Of a stretch of 64,000 nucleotides of DNA, positions 40,291-54,449 are shown piece by piece. A program made the position numbers and the translations under genes. The stretch's first letter is position 1. The number at the start of each line of letters is the position of its first letter. Where the stretch lies: contig OZ024744.1 in assembly GCA_964016885.1 (NCBI GenBank), forward strand, positions 47,492,001-47,556,000, written 5' to 3'. The notes beneath the pieces were generated by a model, which saw only the letters and a program-made list of their open reading frames with translations, was not told the origin of the DNA and searched no databases. This stretch comes from Eledone cirrhosa. Taxonomy: Eukaryota.

Positions 40291-43200
40291 CAGTGTGGGC
40301 TTGGTGCTTTTTGCTGTGTCTTTCACATGTCCACTTTACAATGTGGGCTGGGTGCTTTTTGCTGAGTCTTTCACATGTCCACTTTACAGTGTGGGCTGGG
40401 TGCTTGTTGCTGTGTCTTTCTCACGTCCACTTTACAGTGTGGGCTGGGTGCTTTTTGCTGAGTCTTTCACATGTCCACTTTACAGTGTGGGCTGGGTGCT
40501 TTTTGCAGTGTCTTTCACACGTCCACTTTACAGTGTAGGCTTGGTGCTTTTTGCTGTGTCTTTCACACGTCCACTTTACAGTATGGGCTGGGTGCTTTTT
40601 GCTGTGTCTTTCACACGTCCACTTTACAGTGTGGGCTGGGTGCTTTCTGCTGTGTCTTTCACATGTCCACTTTACAATGTGGGCTGGGTGCTTTTTGCTG
40701 TGTCTTTCACATGTCCACTTTACAGTGTGGGCTGGGTGCTTGTTGCTGTGTCTTTCTCACGTCTACATTACAGTGTGGGCTGGGTGCTTTTTGCTGTGTC
40801 TTTCACATGTCCACTTTACAGTGTGGGCTGGGTGCTTTTTGCAGTGTCTTTCACACGTCCACTTTACAGTGTGGGCTGGGTGCTTTTTCCTGTGTCTTTC
40901 ACATGTCCACTTTACAGTGTGGGCTAGGTGCTTTTTGCTGTGTCTTTCACTTGTCCACTTTACAGTGTGGGCTTGGTGCTTTTTGCTGTGTCTTTCACAT
41001 GTCCACTTTACAATGTGGGCTGGGTGCTTTTTGCTGTGTCTTTCACATGTCCACTTTACAGTGTGGGCTGGGTGCTTGTTGCTGTGTCTTTCTCACGTCC
41101 ACTTTCCAGTGTGGGCTGGGTGCTTTTTGCTGTGTCTTTCACATGTCCACTTTACAATGTGGGCTGGGTGCTTTTTGCTGTGTCTTTCACATGTCCACTT
41201 TACAGTGTGGGCTGGGTGCTTTTTGCTGTGTCTTTCACACGTCCACTTTACAGTGTGCGCTGGGCGCTTTTTGCTGTGTCTTTCACATGTCCACTTTACA
41301 GTGTGGGCTGGGTGCTTTTTGCTGTGTCTTTCACATGTCCACTTTACAGTGTGGGCTGGGTGCTTTTTGCTGTGTCTTTCACATGTCCACTTTACAATGT
41401 GGGCTGGGTGCTTTTTGCTGTGTCTTTCACATGTCCACTTTACAGTGTGGGCTGGGTGCTTGTTGCTGTGTCTTTCTAACGTCAAGTTTACAGTGTGGGC
41501 TGGGTGCTTTTTGCAGTGTCTTTCACACGTCCACTTTACAGTGTGGGCTGGGTACTTTTTGCTGTGTCTTTCACATATCCACTTTACAGTGTGGGCTGGG
41601 TGTTTTTTGCAGTGTCTTTCACACGTCCACTTTACAGTGTGGGCTGGGTGCTTTTTGCTGTGTCTTTAACATGTCCACTTTACAGTGTGGGCTAGGTGCT
41701 TTTTGCTGTGTCTTTCACTTGTCCACTTTACAGTGTGGGCTGTGTGCTTTTTGCTGTGTCTTTCACATGTCCATTTTACAATGTGGGCTGGGTGCTTTTT
41801 GCTGTGCCTTTCACATGTCCACTTTACAGTGTGGGCTGGGTGGTTGTTGCTGTGTCTTTCTCATGTCCACTTTACAGTGTGGGCTGGGTGCGTTTTGCTG
41901 TGTCTTTCACACGTCCACTTTACAGCGTGGGCTGCGTGCTTTTTGCTGTGTCTTTCACATGTCCACTTTACAGTGTGGGCTGGGTGCTTTTTGCAGTGTC
42001 TTTCACACGTCCACTTTACAGTGTGGGCTGCGTGCTTTTTGCTGTGTCTTTCACATGTCCACTTTACAGTGCGGGCTGGGTGCTTTTTGCTGTTTCTTTC
42101 ACATGTCCACTTTACAGTGTGGGCTGGGTGCTTTTTGCTGTGTCTTTCACACGTCCACTTTACAGTATGGGCTGGGTGCTTTTTGCTGTGTCTTTCACAC
42201 GTCCACTTTACAGTGTGTGCTTGGTGCTTTTTGCTGTGTCTTTCACATGTCCACTTTACAATGTGGGCTGGGTGCTTTTTGCTGAGTCTTTCACATGTCC
42301 ACTTTACAGTGTGGGCTGGGTGCTTGTTGCTGTGTCTTTCTCACGTCCACTTTACAGTGTGGGCTGGGTGCTTTTTGCTGAGTCTTTCACATGTCCACTT
42401 TACAGTGTGGGCTGGGTGCTTTTTGCAGTGTCTTTCACACGTCCACTTTACAGTGTAGGCTTGGTGCTTTTTGCTGTGTCTTTCACACGTCCACTTTACA
42501 GTATGGGCTGGGTGCTTTTTGCTGTGTCTTTCACACGTCCACTTTACAGTGTGGGCTGGGTGCTTTCTGCTGTGTCTTTCACATGTCCACTTTACAATGT
42601 GGGCTGGGTGCTTTTTGCTGTGTCTTTCACATGTCCACTTTACAGTGTGGGCTGGGTGCTTGTTGCTGTGTCTTTCTCACGTCTACATTACAGTGTGGGC
42701 TGGGTGCTTTTTGCTGTGTCTTTCACATGTCCACTTTACAGTGTGGGCTGGGTGCTTTTTGCAGTGTCTTTCACACGTCCACTTTACAGTGTGGGCTGGG
42801 TGCTTTTTCCTGTGTCTTTCACATGTCCACTTTACAGTGTGGGCTAGGTGCTTTTTGCTGTGTCTTTCACTTGTCCACTTTACAGTGTGGGCTTGGTGCT
42901 TTTTGCTGTGTCTTTCACATGTCCACTTTACAATGTGGGCTGGGTGCTTTTTGCTGTGTCTTTCACATGTCCACTTTACAGTGTGGGCTGGGTGCTTGTT
43001 GCTGTGTCTTTCTCACGTCCACTTTCCAGTGTGGGCTGGGTGCTTTTTGCTGTGTCTTTCACATGTCCACTTTACAATGTGGGCTGGGTGCTTTTTGCTG
43101 TGTCTTTCACATGTCCACTTTACAGTGTGGGCTGGGTGCTTTTTGCTGTGTCTTTCACACGTCCACTTTACAGTGTGCGCTGGGCGCTTTTTGCTGTGTC

Positions 43201-43400
43201 TTTCACATGTCCACTTTACAGTGTGGGCTGGGTGCTTTTTGCTGTGTCTTTCACATGTCCACTTTACAGTGTGGGCTGGGTGCTTTTTGCTGTGTCTTTC
43301 ACATGTCCACTTTACAATGTGGGCTGGGTGCTTTTTGCTGTGTCTTTCACATGTCCACTTTACAGTGTGGGCTGGGTGCTTGTTGCTGTGTCTTTCTAAC
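39770..43400 (+). repeat. 40-monomer (1,920 bp) near-identical duplication
   Basis: ORF pairs 39776/41696, 40471/42391 and 40928/42848 are offset by 1920 = 40x48. Markers ACTTTCCAG (41101/43021) and GTGCGCTGGGCG (~41255/~43175). Confidence 0.9.
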
Positions 43401-46400
43401 GTCCACTTTACAGTGTGGGCTGGGTGCTTTTTGCTGTGTCTTTCACATGTCCACTTTACAATGTGGGCTGGGTGCTTTTTGCTGTGTCTTTCACATGTCC
43501 ACTTTACAGTGTGGGCTGGGTGCTTTTTGCTGTGTCTTTCACACGTCCACTTTACAGTGTGCGCTGGGCGCTTTTTGCTGTGTCTTTCACATGTCCACTT
43601 TACAGTGTGGGCTGGGTGCTTTTTGCTGTGTCTTTCACATGTCCACTTTACAGTGTGGGCTAGGTGCTTTTTGCTGTGTCTTTCACTTGTCCACTTTACA
43701 GTGTGGGCTGTGTGCTTTTTGCTGTGTCTTTCAAATGTCCACTTTACAATGTGGGCTGGGTGCTTTTTGCTGTGCCTTTCACATGTCCACTTTACAGTGT
43801 GGGCTGGGTGGTTGTTGCTGTGTCTTTCTCACGTCCACTTTACAGTGTGGGCTGGGTGCATTTTGCTGTGTCTTTCACACGTCCACTTTACAGTTTGGGC
43901 TGCGTGCTTTTTGCTGTCTCTTTCACATGTCCACTTTACAGTGTGGGCTGGGTGCTTTTTGCTGTGTCTTTCACATGTCCACTTTACAATGTGGGCTGGG
44001 TGCTTTTTGCTCTGTCTTTCACAGATCCACTTTACAGTGTGGATTGGGTGCTTTTTGCAGTGTCTTTCACACGTCCACGTTACAGTGTGGGCTGGGTGCT
44101 TTTTGCTGTGTCTTTCACATGTCCACTTTATAGTGTGAGCTGGGTGCTTTTTGCAGTGTCTTTCACACGTCCTCTTTACAGTGTGGGCTGGGTGCTTTTT
44201 GCTGTGTCTTTCACATGTCCACTTTACAGTGTGGGCTGGGTGATTTTTGCAGTGTCTTTCACACGTCCACTTTACAGTGTGGGCTGCGTGCTTTTTGCTG
44301 TGTCTTTCACATGTCCACTTTACAGTGCGGGCTGGGTGCTTTTTCCTGTGGCTTTCACATGTCCACTTTACAGTGTGGGCTGGGTGCTTTTTGCTGTGTC
44401 TTTCACACGTCCACTTTACAGTATGGGCTGGGTGCTTTTTGCTGTGTCTTTCACACGTCCACTTTACAGTGTGGGCTGGGTGCTTTCTGCTGTGTCTTTC
44501 ACATGTCCACTTTACAATGTGGGCTGGGTGCTTTTTGCTGTGTCTTTCACATGTCCACTTTACAGTGTGGGCTGGGTGCTTGTTGCTGTGTCTTTCTCAC
44601 GTCCACATTACAGTGTGGGCTGGGTGCTTTTTGCTGTGTCTTTCACATGTCCACTTTACAGTGTGGGCTGGGTGCTTTTTGCAGTGTCTTTCACACGTCC
44701 ACTTTACAGTGTGGGCTGAGTGCTTTTTCCTGTGTCTTTCACATGTCCACTTTACAGTGTGGGCTAGGTGCTTTTTGCTGTGTCTTTCACTTGTCCACTT
44801 TACAGTGTGGGCTTGGTGCTTTTTGCTGTGTCTTTCACATGTCCACTTTACAATGTGGGCTGGGTGCTTTTTGCTGTGTCTTTCACATGTCCACTTTACA
44901 GTGTGGGCTGGGTGCTTGTTGCTGTGTCTTTCTCACGTCCACTTTACAGTGTCGGCTGGGTGCTTTTTGCTGAGTCTTTCACATGTCCACTTTACAGTGT
45001 GGGCTGGGTGCTTTTTGCTGTGCCTTTCACATTTCCACTTTACAGTGTGGGCTAGGTGCTTTTTGCTGTGTTTTTCACTTGTCCACTTTACAGTGTGAGC
45101 TGTGTGCTTTTTGCTGTGTCTGTCACATGTCCACTTTACAATGTGGGCTGGGTGCTTTTTGCTGTGCCTTTCACATGTCCACTTTACAGTGTGGGCTGGG
45201 TGGTTGTTGCTGTGTCTTTCTTACGTCCACTTTACAGTGTGGGCTGGGTGCTTTTTGCTGTGTCTTTCACACGTCCACTTTACAGTGTGGGCTGCGTGCT
45301 TTTTGCTGTGTCTTTCACATGTCCACTTTACAGTGTGGGCTGGGTGCTTTTTGCAGTGTCTTTCACACGTCCACTTTACAGTGTGGGCTGGGTGCTTTTT
45401 GCTGTGTCTTTCACATATCCACTTTACAGTGTGGGCTGGGTGCTTTTTGCAGTGTCTTTCACACGTCCACTTTACAGTGTGGGCTGGGTGCTTTTTGCTG
45501 TGTCTTTAACATGTCCACTTTAGAGTGTGGGCTAGGTGCTTTTTGCTGTGTCTTTCACTTGTCCACTTTACAGTGTGGGCTGTGTGCTTTTTGCTGTGTC
45601 TTTCACATGTCCACGTTACAATGTGGGCTGGGTGCTTTTTGCTGTGCCTTTCACATGTCCACTTTACAGTGTGGGCTGGGTGGTTGTTGCTGTGTCTTTC
45701 TCATGTCCACTTTACGGTGTGGGCTGGGTGCGTTTTGCTGTGTCTTTCACACGTCCACTTTACAGTGTGGGCTGCGTGCTTTTTGCTGTGTCTTTCACAT
45801 GTCCACTTTACAGTGTGGGCTGGGTGCTTTTTGCAGTGTCTTTCACACGTCCACTTTACAGTGTGGGCTGCGTGCTTTTTGCTGTGTCTTTCACATGTCC
45901 ACTTTACAGTGCGGGCTGGGTGCTTTTTGCTGTTTCTTTCACATGTCCACTTTACAGTGTGGGCTTGGTGCTTTTTGCTGTGTCTTTCACACGTCCACTT
46001 TACAGTATGGGCTGGGTGCTTTTTGCTGTGTCTTTCACACGTCCACTTTACAGTGTGGGCTTGGTGCTTTTTGCTGTGTCTTTCACATGTCCACTTTACA
46101 ATGTGGGCTGGGTGCTTTTTGCTGTGTCTTTCTCACGTCCACTTTACAGTGTGGGCTGGGTGCTTGTCGCTGTGTCTTTCTCACGTCCACTTTACAGTGT
46201 GGGCTGGGTGCTTTTTGCTGAGTCTTTCACATGTCCACTTTACAGTGTGGGCTGGGTGCTTTTTGCAGTGTCTTTCACACGTCCACTTTACAGTGTAGGC
46301 TTGGTGCTTTTTGCTGTGTCTTTCACATGTCCACTTTACAGTGTGGGCTAGGTGCTTTTTGCTGTGTCTTTCACTTGTCCACTTTACAGTGTGAGCTGTG

Positions 46401-49400
46401 TGCTTTTTGCTGTGTCTTTCACATGTCCACTTTACAATGTGGGCTGGGTGCTTTTTGCTGTGCCTTTCACATGTCCACTTTACAGTGTGGGCTGGGTGGT
46501 TGTTGCTGTGTCTTTCTCACGTCCAGTTTACAGTGTGGGCTGGGTGCTTTTTGCAGTGTCTTTCACACGTCCACTTTACAGTGTGGGCTGGGTACTTTTT
46601 GCTGTGTCTTTCACATATCCACTTTACAGTGTGGGCTGGGTGTTTTTTGCAGTGTCTTTCACACGTCCACTTTACAGTGTGGGCTGGGTGCTTTTTGCTG
46701 TGTCTTTAACATGTACACTTTACAGTGTGGGCTAGGTGCTTTTTGCTGTGTCTTTCACTTGTCCACTTTACAGTGTGGGCTGTGTGCTTTTTGCTGTGTC
46801 TTTCACATGTCCACTTTACAATGTGGGCTGGGTGCTTTTTGCTGTGCCTTTCACATGTCCACTTTACAGTGTGGGCTGGGTGGTTGTTGCTGTGTCTTTC
46901 TCATGTCCACTTTACAGTGTGGGCTGGGTGCGTTTTGCTGTGTCTTTCACACGTCCACTTTACAGCGTGGGCTGCGTGCTTTTTGCTGTGTCTTTCACAT
47001 GTCCACTTTACAGTGTGGGCTGGGTGCTTTTTGCAGTGTCTTTCACACGTCCACTTTACAGTGTGGGCTGCGTGCTTTTTGCTGTGTCTTTCACATGTCC
47101 ACTTTACAGTGCGGGCTGGGTGCTTTTTGCTGTTTCTTTCACATGTCCACTTTACAGTGTGGGCTGGGTGCTTTTTGCTGTGTCTTTCACACGTCCACTT
47201 TACAGTATGGGCTGGGTGCTTTTTGCTGTGTCTTTCACACGTCCACTTTACAGTGTGGGCTTGGTGCTTTTTGCTGTGTCTTTCACATGTCCACTTTACA
47301 ATGTGGGCTGGGTGCTTTTTGCTGAGTCTTTCACATGTCCACTTTACAGTGTGGGCTGGGTGCTTGTTGCTGTGTCTTTCTCACGTCCACTTTACAGTGT
47401 GGGCTGGGTGCTTTTTGCTGAGTCTTTCACATGTCCACTTTACAGTGTGGGCTGGGTGCTTTTTGCAGTGTCTTTCACACGTCCACTTTACAGTGTAGGC
47501 TTGGTGCTTTTTGCTGTGTCTTTCACACGTCCACTTTACAGTATGGGCTGGGTGCTTTTTGCTGTGTCTTTCACACGTCCACTTTACAGTGTGGGCTGGG
47601 TGCTTTCTGCTGTGTCTTTCACATGTCCACTTTACAATGTGGGCTGGGTGCTTTTTGCTGTGTCTTTCACATGTCCACTTTACAGTGTGGGCTGGGTGCT
47701 TGTTGCTGTGTCTTTCTCACGTCTACATTACAGTGTGGGCTGGGTGCTTTTTGCTGTGTCTTTCACATGTCCACTTTACAGTGTGGGCAGGGTGCTTTTT
47801 GCAGTGTCTTTCACACGTCCACTTTACAGTGTGGGCTGGGTGCTTTTTCCTGTGTCTTTCACATGTCCACTTTACAGTGTGGGCTAGGTGCTTTTTGCTG
47901 TGTCTTTCACTTGTCCACTTTACAGTGTGGGCTTGGTGCTTTTTGCTGTGTCTTTCACATGTCCACTTTACAATGTGGGCTGGGTGCTTTTTGCTGTGTC
48001 TTTCACATGTCCACTTTACAGTGTGGGCTGGGTGCTTGTTGCTGTGTCTTTCTCACGTCCACTTTACAGTGTGGGCTGGGTGCTTTTTGCTGTGTCTTTC
48101 ACATGTCCACTTTACAATGTGGGCTGGGTGCTTTTTGCTGTGTCTTTCACATGTCCACTTTACAGTGTGGGCTGGGTGCTTTTTGCTGTGTCTTTCACAC
48201 GTCCACTTTACAGTGTGGGCTGGGCGCTTTTTGCTGTGTCTTTCACATGTCCACTTTACAGTGTGGGCTGGGTGCTTTTTGCAGTGTCTTTCACACCTCC
48301 ACTTTAGAGTGTGGGCTGCGTGCTTTTTGCTGTGTCTTTCATATGTCCACTTTACAGTGCGGGCTGGGTGCTTTTTGCTGTGTCTTTCACATGTCCACTT
48401 TACAGTGTGGGCTGGGTGCTTTTTGCTGTGTCTTTCACACGTCCACTTTACAGTATGGGCTGGGTGCTTTTTGCTGTGTCTTTCACATGTCCACTTTACA
48501 GTGTGGGCTGGGTGCTTGTTGCTGTGTCTTTCTAACGTCCACTTTACAGTGTGGGCTGGGTGCTTTTTGCTGAGTCTTTCACATGTCCACTTTACAGTGT
48601 GGGCTGGGTGCTTTTTGCAGTGTCTTTCACACGTCCACTTTACAGTGTGGGCTGGGTGCTTTTTGCTGTGTCTTTCACATGTCCACTTTACAGTGTGGGC
48701 TAGGTGCTTTTTGCTGTGTCTTTCACTTGTCCACTTTACAGTGTGGGCTGTGTGCTTTTTGCTGTGTCTTTCACATGTCCACTTTACAATGTGGGCTGGG
48801 TGCTTTTTGCTGTGTCTTTCACATGTCCACTTTACAATGTGGGCTGGGTGCTTTTTGCTGTGTCTTTCACATGTCCACTTTACAGTGTGGGCTGGGTGCT
48901 TGTTGCTGTGTCTTTCTAACGTCCACTTTACAGTGTGGGCTGGGTGCTTTTTGCTGAGTCTTTCACATGTCCACTTTACAGTGTGGGCTGGGTGCTTTTT
49001 GCAGTGTCTTTCACACGTCCACTTTACAGTGTGGGCTGGGTGCTTTTTGCTGTGTCTTTCACATGTCCACTTTACAGTGTGGGCTAGGTGCTTTTTGCTG
49101 TGTCTTTCACTTGTCCACTTTACAGTGTGGGCTGTGTGCTTTTTGCTGTGTCTTTTACATGTCCACTTTACAGTGTGGGCTGTGTGCTTTTTGCTGTGTC
49201 TTTCACATGTCCACTTTACAATGTGGGCTGGGTGCTTTTTGCTGTGCCTTTCACATGTCCACTTTACAGTGTGGATTGGGTGCTTTTTGCAGTGTCTTTC
49301 ACACGTCCACGTTACAGTGTGGGCTGGGTGCTTTTTGCTGTGTCTTTCACATGTCCACTTTATAGTGTGAGCTGGGTGCTTTTTGCAGTGTCTTTCACAC

Positions 49401-52400
49401 GTCCTCTTTACAGTGTGGGCTGGGTGCTTTTTGCTGTGTCTTTCACATGTCCACTTTACAGTGTGGGCTGGGTGATTTTTGCAGTGTCTTTCACACGTCC
49501 ACTTTACAGTGTGGGCTGCGTGCTTTTTGCTGTGTCTTTCACATGTCCACTTTACAGTGCGGGCTGGGTGCTTTTTCCTGTGGCTTTCACATGTCCACTT
49601 TACAGTGTGGGCTGGGTGCTTTTTGCTGTGTCTTTCACACGTCCACTTTACAGTATGGGCTGGGTGCTTTTTGCTGTGTCTTTCACACGTCCACTTTACA
49701 GTGTGGGCTGGGTGCTTTCTGCTGTGTCTTTCACATGTCCACTTTACAATGTGGGCTGGGTGCTTTTTGCTGTGTCTTTCACATGTCCACTTTACAGTGT
49801 GGGCTGGGTGCTTGTTGCTGTGTCTTTCTCACGTCCACATTACAGTGTGGGCTGGGTGCTTTTTGCTGTGTCTTTCACATGTCCACTTTACAGTGTGGGC
49901 TGGGTGCTTTTTGCAGTGTCTTTCACACGTCCACTTTACAGTGTGGGCTGGGTGCTTTTTCCTGTGTCTTTCACATGTCCACTTTACAGTGTGGGCTAGG
50001 TGCTTTTTGCTGTGTCTTTCACTTGTCCACTTTACAGTGTGGGCTTGGTGCTTTTTGCTGTGTCTTTCACATGTCCACTTTACAATGTGGGCTGGGTGCT
50101 TTTTGCTGTGTCTTTCACATGTCCACTTTACAGTGTGGGCTGGGTGCTTGTTGCTGTGTCTTTCTCACGTCCACTTTACAGTGTGGGCTGGGTGCTTTTT
50201 GCTGAGTCTTTCACATGTCCACTTTACAGTGTGGGCTGGGTTCTTTTTGCTGTGTCTTTCACATTTCCACTTTACAGTGTGGGCTAGGTGCTTTTTGCTG
50301 TGTTTTTCACTTGTCCACTTTACAGTGTGAGCTGTGTGCTTTTTGCTGTGTCTTTCACATGTCCACTTTACAATGTGGGCTGGGTGCTTTTTGCTGTGCC
50401 TTTCACATGTCCACTTTACAGTGTGGGCTGGGTGGTTGTTGCTGTGTCTTTCTTACGTCCACTTTACAGTGTGGGCTGGGTGCTTTTTGCTGTGTCTTTC
50501 ACACGTCCACTTTACAGTGTGGGCTGCGTGCTTTTTGCTGTGTCTTTCACATGTCCACTTTACAGTGTGGGCTGGGTGCTTTTTGCAGTGTCTTTCACAC
50601 GTCCACTTTACAGTGTGGGCTGGGTGCTTTTTGCTGTGTCTTTCACATATCCACTTTACAGTGTGGGCTGGGTGCTTTTTGCAGTGTCTTTCACACGTCC
50701 ACTTTACAGTGTGGGCTGGGTGCTTTTTGCTGTGTCTTTAACATGTCCACTTTACAGTGTGGGCTAGGTGCTTTTTGCTGTGTCTTTCACTTGTCCACTT
50801 TACAGTGTGGGCTGTGTGCTTTTTGCTGTGTCTTTCACATGTCCACTTTACAATGTGGGCTGGGTGCTTTTTGCTGTGACTTTCACATGTCCACTTTACA
50901 GTGTGGGCTGGGTGGTTGTTGCTGTGTCTTTCTCATGTCCACTTTACAGTGTGGGCTGGGTGCGTTTTGCTGTGTCTTTCACACGTCCACTTTACAGTGT
51001 GGGCTGCGTGCTTTTTGCTGTGTCTTTCACATGTCCACTTTACAGTGTGGGCTGGGTGCTTTTTGCAGTGTCTTTCACACGTCCACTTTACAGTGTGGGC
51101 TGCGTGCTTTTTGCTGTGTCTTTCACATGTCCACTTTACAGTGCGGGCTGGGTGCTTTTTGCTGTTTCTTTCACATGTCCACTTTACAGTGTGGGCTTGG
51201 TGCTTTTTGCTGTGTCTTTCACACGTCCACTTTACAGTATGGACTGGGTGCTTTTTGCTGTGTCTTTCACACGTCCACTTTACAGTGTGGGCTTGGTGCT
51301 TTTTGCTGTGTCTTTCACATGTCCACTTTACAATGTGGGCTGGGTGCTTTTTGCTGTGTCTTTCTCACGTCCACTTTACAGTGTGGGCTGGGTGCTTGTC
51401 GCTGTGTCTTTCTCACGTCCACTTTACAGTGTGGGCTGGGTGCTTTTTGCTGAGTCTTTCACATGTCCACTTTACAGTGTGGGCTGGGTGCTTTTTGCAG
51501 TGTCTTTCACACGTCCACTTTACAGTGTAGGCTTGGTGCTTTTTGCTGTGTCTTTCACATGTCCACTTTACAGTGTGGGCTAGGTGCTTTTTGCTGTGTC
51601 TTTCACTTGTCCACTTTACATTGTGAGCTGTGTGCTTTTTGCTGTGTCTTTCACATGTCCACTTTACAATGTGGGCTGGGTGCTTTTTGCTGTGCCTTTC
51701 ACATGTCCACTTTACAGTGTGGGCTGGGTGGTTGTTGCTGTGTCTTTCTCACGTCCAGTTTACAGTGTGGGCTGGGTGCTTTTTGCAGTGTCTTTCACAC
51801 GTCCACTTTACAGTGTGGGCTGGGTACTTTTTGCTGTGTCTTTCACATATCCACTTTACAGTGTGGGCTGGGTGTTTTTTGCAGTGTCTTTCACACGTCC
51901 ACTTTACAGTGTGGGCTGGGTGCTTTTTGCTGTGTCTTTAACATGTCCACTTTACAGTGTGGGCTAGGTGCTTTTTGCTGTGTCTTTCACTTGTCCACTT
52001 TACAGTGTGGGCTGTGTGCTTTTTGCTGTGTCTTTCACATGTCCATTTTACAATGTGGGCTGGGTGCTTTTTGCTGTGCCTTTCACATGTCCACTTTACA
52101 GTGTGGGCTGGGTGGTTGTTGCTGTGTCTTTCTCATGTCCACTTTACAGTGTGGGCTGGGTGCGTTTTGCTGTGTCTTTCACACGTCCACTTTACAGCGT
52201 GGGCTGCGTGCTTTTTGCTGTGTCTTTCACATGTCCACTTTACAGTGTGGGCTGGGTGCTTTTTGCAGTGTCTTTCACACGTCCACTTTACAGTGTGGGC
52301 TGCGTGCTTTTTGCTGTGTCTTTCACATGTCCACTTTACAGTGCGGGCTGGGTGCTTTTTGCTGTTTCTTTCACATGTCCACTTTACAGTGTGGGCTGGG

Positions 52401-54449
52401 TGCTTTTTGCTGTGTCTTTCACACGTCCACTTTACAGTATGGGCTGGGTGCTTTTTGCTGTGTCTTTCACACGTCCACTTTACAGTGTGGGCTTGGTGCT
52501 TTTTGCTGTGTCTTTCACATGTCCACTTTACAATGTGGGCTGGGTGCTTTTTGCTGAGTCTTTCACATGTCCACTTTACAGTGTGGGCTGGGTGCTTGTT
52601 GCTGTGTCTTTCTCACGTCCACTTTACAGTGTGGGCTTGGTGCTTTTTGCTGAGTCTTTCACATGTCCACTTTACAGTGTGGGCTGGGTGCTTTTTGCAG
52701 TGTCTTTCACACGTCCACTTTACAGTGTAGGCTTGGTGCTTTTTGCTGTGTCTTTCACACGTCCACTTTACAGTATGGGCTGGGTGCTTTTTGCTGTGTC
52801 TTTCACACGTCCACTTTACAGTGTGGGCTGGGTGCTTTCTGCTGTGTCTTTCACATGTCCACTTTACAATGTGGGCTGGGTGCTTTTTGCTGTGTCTTTC
52901 ACATGTCCACTTTACAGTGTGGGCTGGGTGCTTGTTGCTGTGTCTTTCTCACGTCTACATTACAGTGTGGGCTGGGTGCTTTTTGCTGTGTCTTTCACAT
53001 GTCCACTTTACAGTGTGGGCTGGGTGCTTTTTGCAGTGTCTTTCACACGTCCACTTTACAGTGTGGGCTGGGTGCTTTTTCCTGTGTCTTTCACATGTCC
53101 ACTTTACAGTGTGGGCTAGGTGCTTTTTGCTGTGTCTTTCACTTGTCCACTTTACAGTGTGGGCTTGGTGCTTTTTGCTGTGTCTTTCACATGTCCACTT
53201 TACAATGTGGGCTGGGTGCTTTTTGCTGTGTCTTTCACATGTCCACTTTACAGTGTGGGCTGGGTGCTTGTTGCTGTGTCTTTCTCACGTCCACTTTCCA
53301 GTGTGGGCTGGGTGCTTTTTGCTGTGTCTTTCACATGTCCACTTTACAATGTGGGCTGGGTGCTTTTTGCTGTGTCTTTCACATGTCCACTTTACAGTGT
53401 GGGCTGGGTGCTTTTTGCTGTGTCTTTCACACGTCCACTTTACAGTGTGCGCTGGGCGCTTTTTGCTGTGTCTTTCACATGTCCACTTTACAGTGTGGGC
53501 TGGGTGCTTTTTGCTGTGTCTTTCACATGTCCACTTTACAGTGTGGGCTGGGTGCTTTTTGCTGTGTCTTTCACATGTCCACTTTACAATGTGGGCTGAG
53601 TGCTTTTTGCTGTGTCTTTCACATGTCCACTTTACAGTGTGGGCTGGGTGCTTGTTGCTGTGTCTTTCTAACGTCCACTTTACAGTGTGGGCTGGGTGCT
53701 TTTTGCTGTGTCTTTCACATGTCCACTTTACAATGTGGGCTGGGTGCTTTTTGCTGTGTCTTTCACATGTCCACTTTACAGTGTGGGCTGGGTGCTTTTT
53801 GCTGTGTCTTTCACACGTCCACTTTACAGTGTGCGCTGGGCGCTTTTTGCTGTGTCTTTCACATGTCCACTTTACAGTGTGGGCTGGGTGCTTTTTGCTG
53901 TGTCTTTCACATGTCCACTTTACAGTGTGGGCTAGGTGCTTTTTGCTGTGTCTTTCACTTGTCCACTTTACAGTGTGGGCTGTGTGCTTTTTGCTGTGTC
54001 TTTCACATGTCCACTTTACAATGTGGGCTGGGTACTTTTTGCTGTGCCTTTCACATGTCCACTTTACAGTGTGGGCTGGGTGGTTGTTGCTGTGTCTTTC
54101 TCACCTCCATTTTACAGTGTGGGCTGGGTGCTTTTTGCTGTGTCTTTCACACGTCCACTTTACAGTTTGGGCTGCGTGCTTTTTGCTGTCTCTTTCACAT
54201 GTCCACTTTACAGTGTGGGCTGGGTGCTTTTTGCTGTGTCTTTCACATGTCCACTTTACAATGTGGGCTGGGTGCTTTTTGCTCTGTCTTTCACAGATCC
54301 ACTTTACAGTGTGGATTTGGTGCTTTTTGCAGTGTCTTTCACACGTCCACGTTACAGTGTGGGCTGGGTGCTTTTTGCTGTGTCTTTCACATGTCCACTT
54401 TATAGTGTGAGCTGGGTGCTTTTTGCAGTGTCTTTCACACGTCCTCTTT

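Noticed and set aside
1172-41485. Minus-strand His/Cys/Lys repeat KWTCERHSKKHPAHTV, superficially like a zinc finger or metal-binding protein
   Set aside because: It has one Cys per 16 aa, no CxxC...HxxxH spacing and no TGEKP linker (C2H2 units are 28 aa/84 bp). The frequent TTTCTCA variant places TGA stops in this frame.
35060-47795. Chi-like or Jeffreys minisatellite core similarity (GTGGGCTGGGTG; GTGGGCAGG variants at ~35064 and ~47783)
   Set aside because: There is no exact Chi (GCTGGTGG). A short G-rich resemblance is expected by chance and has no testable consequence here.
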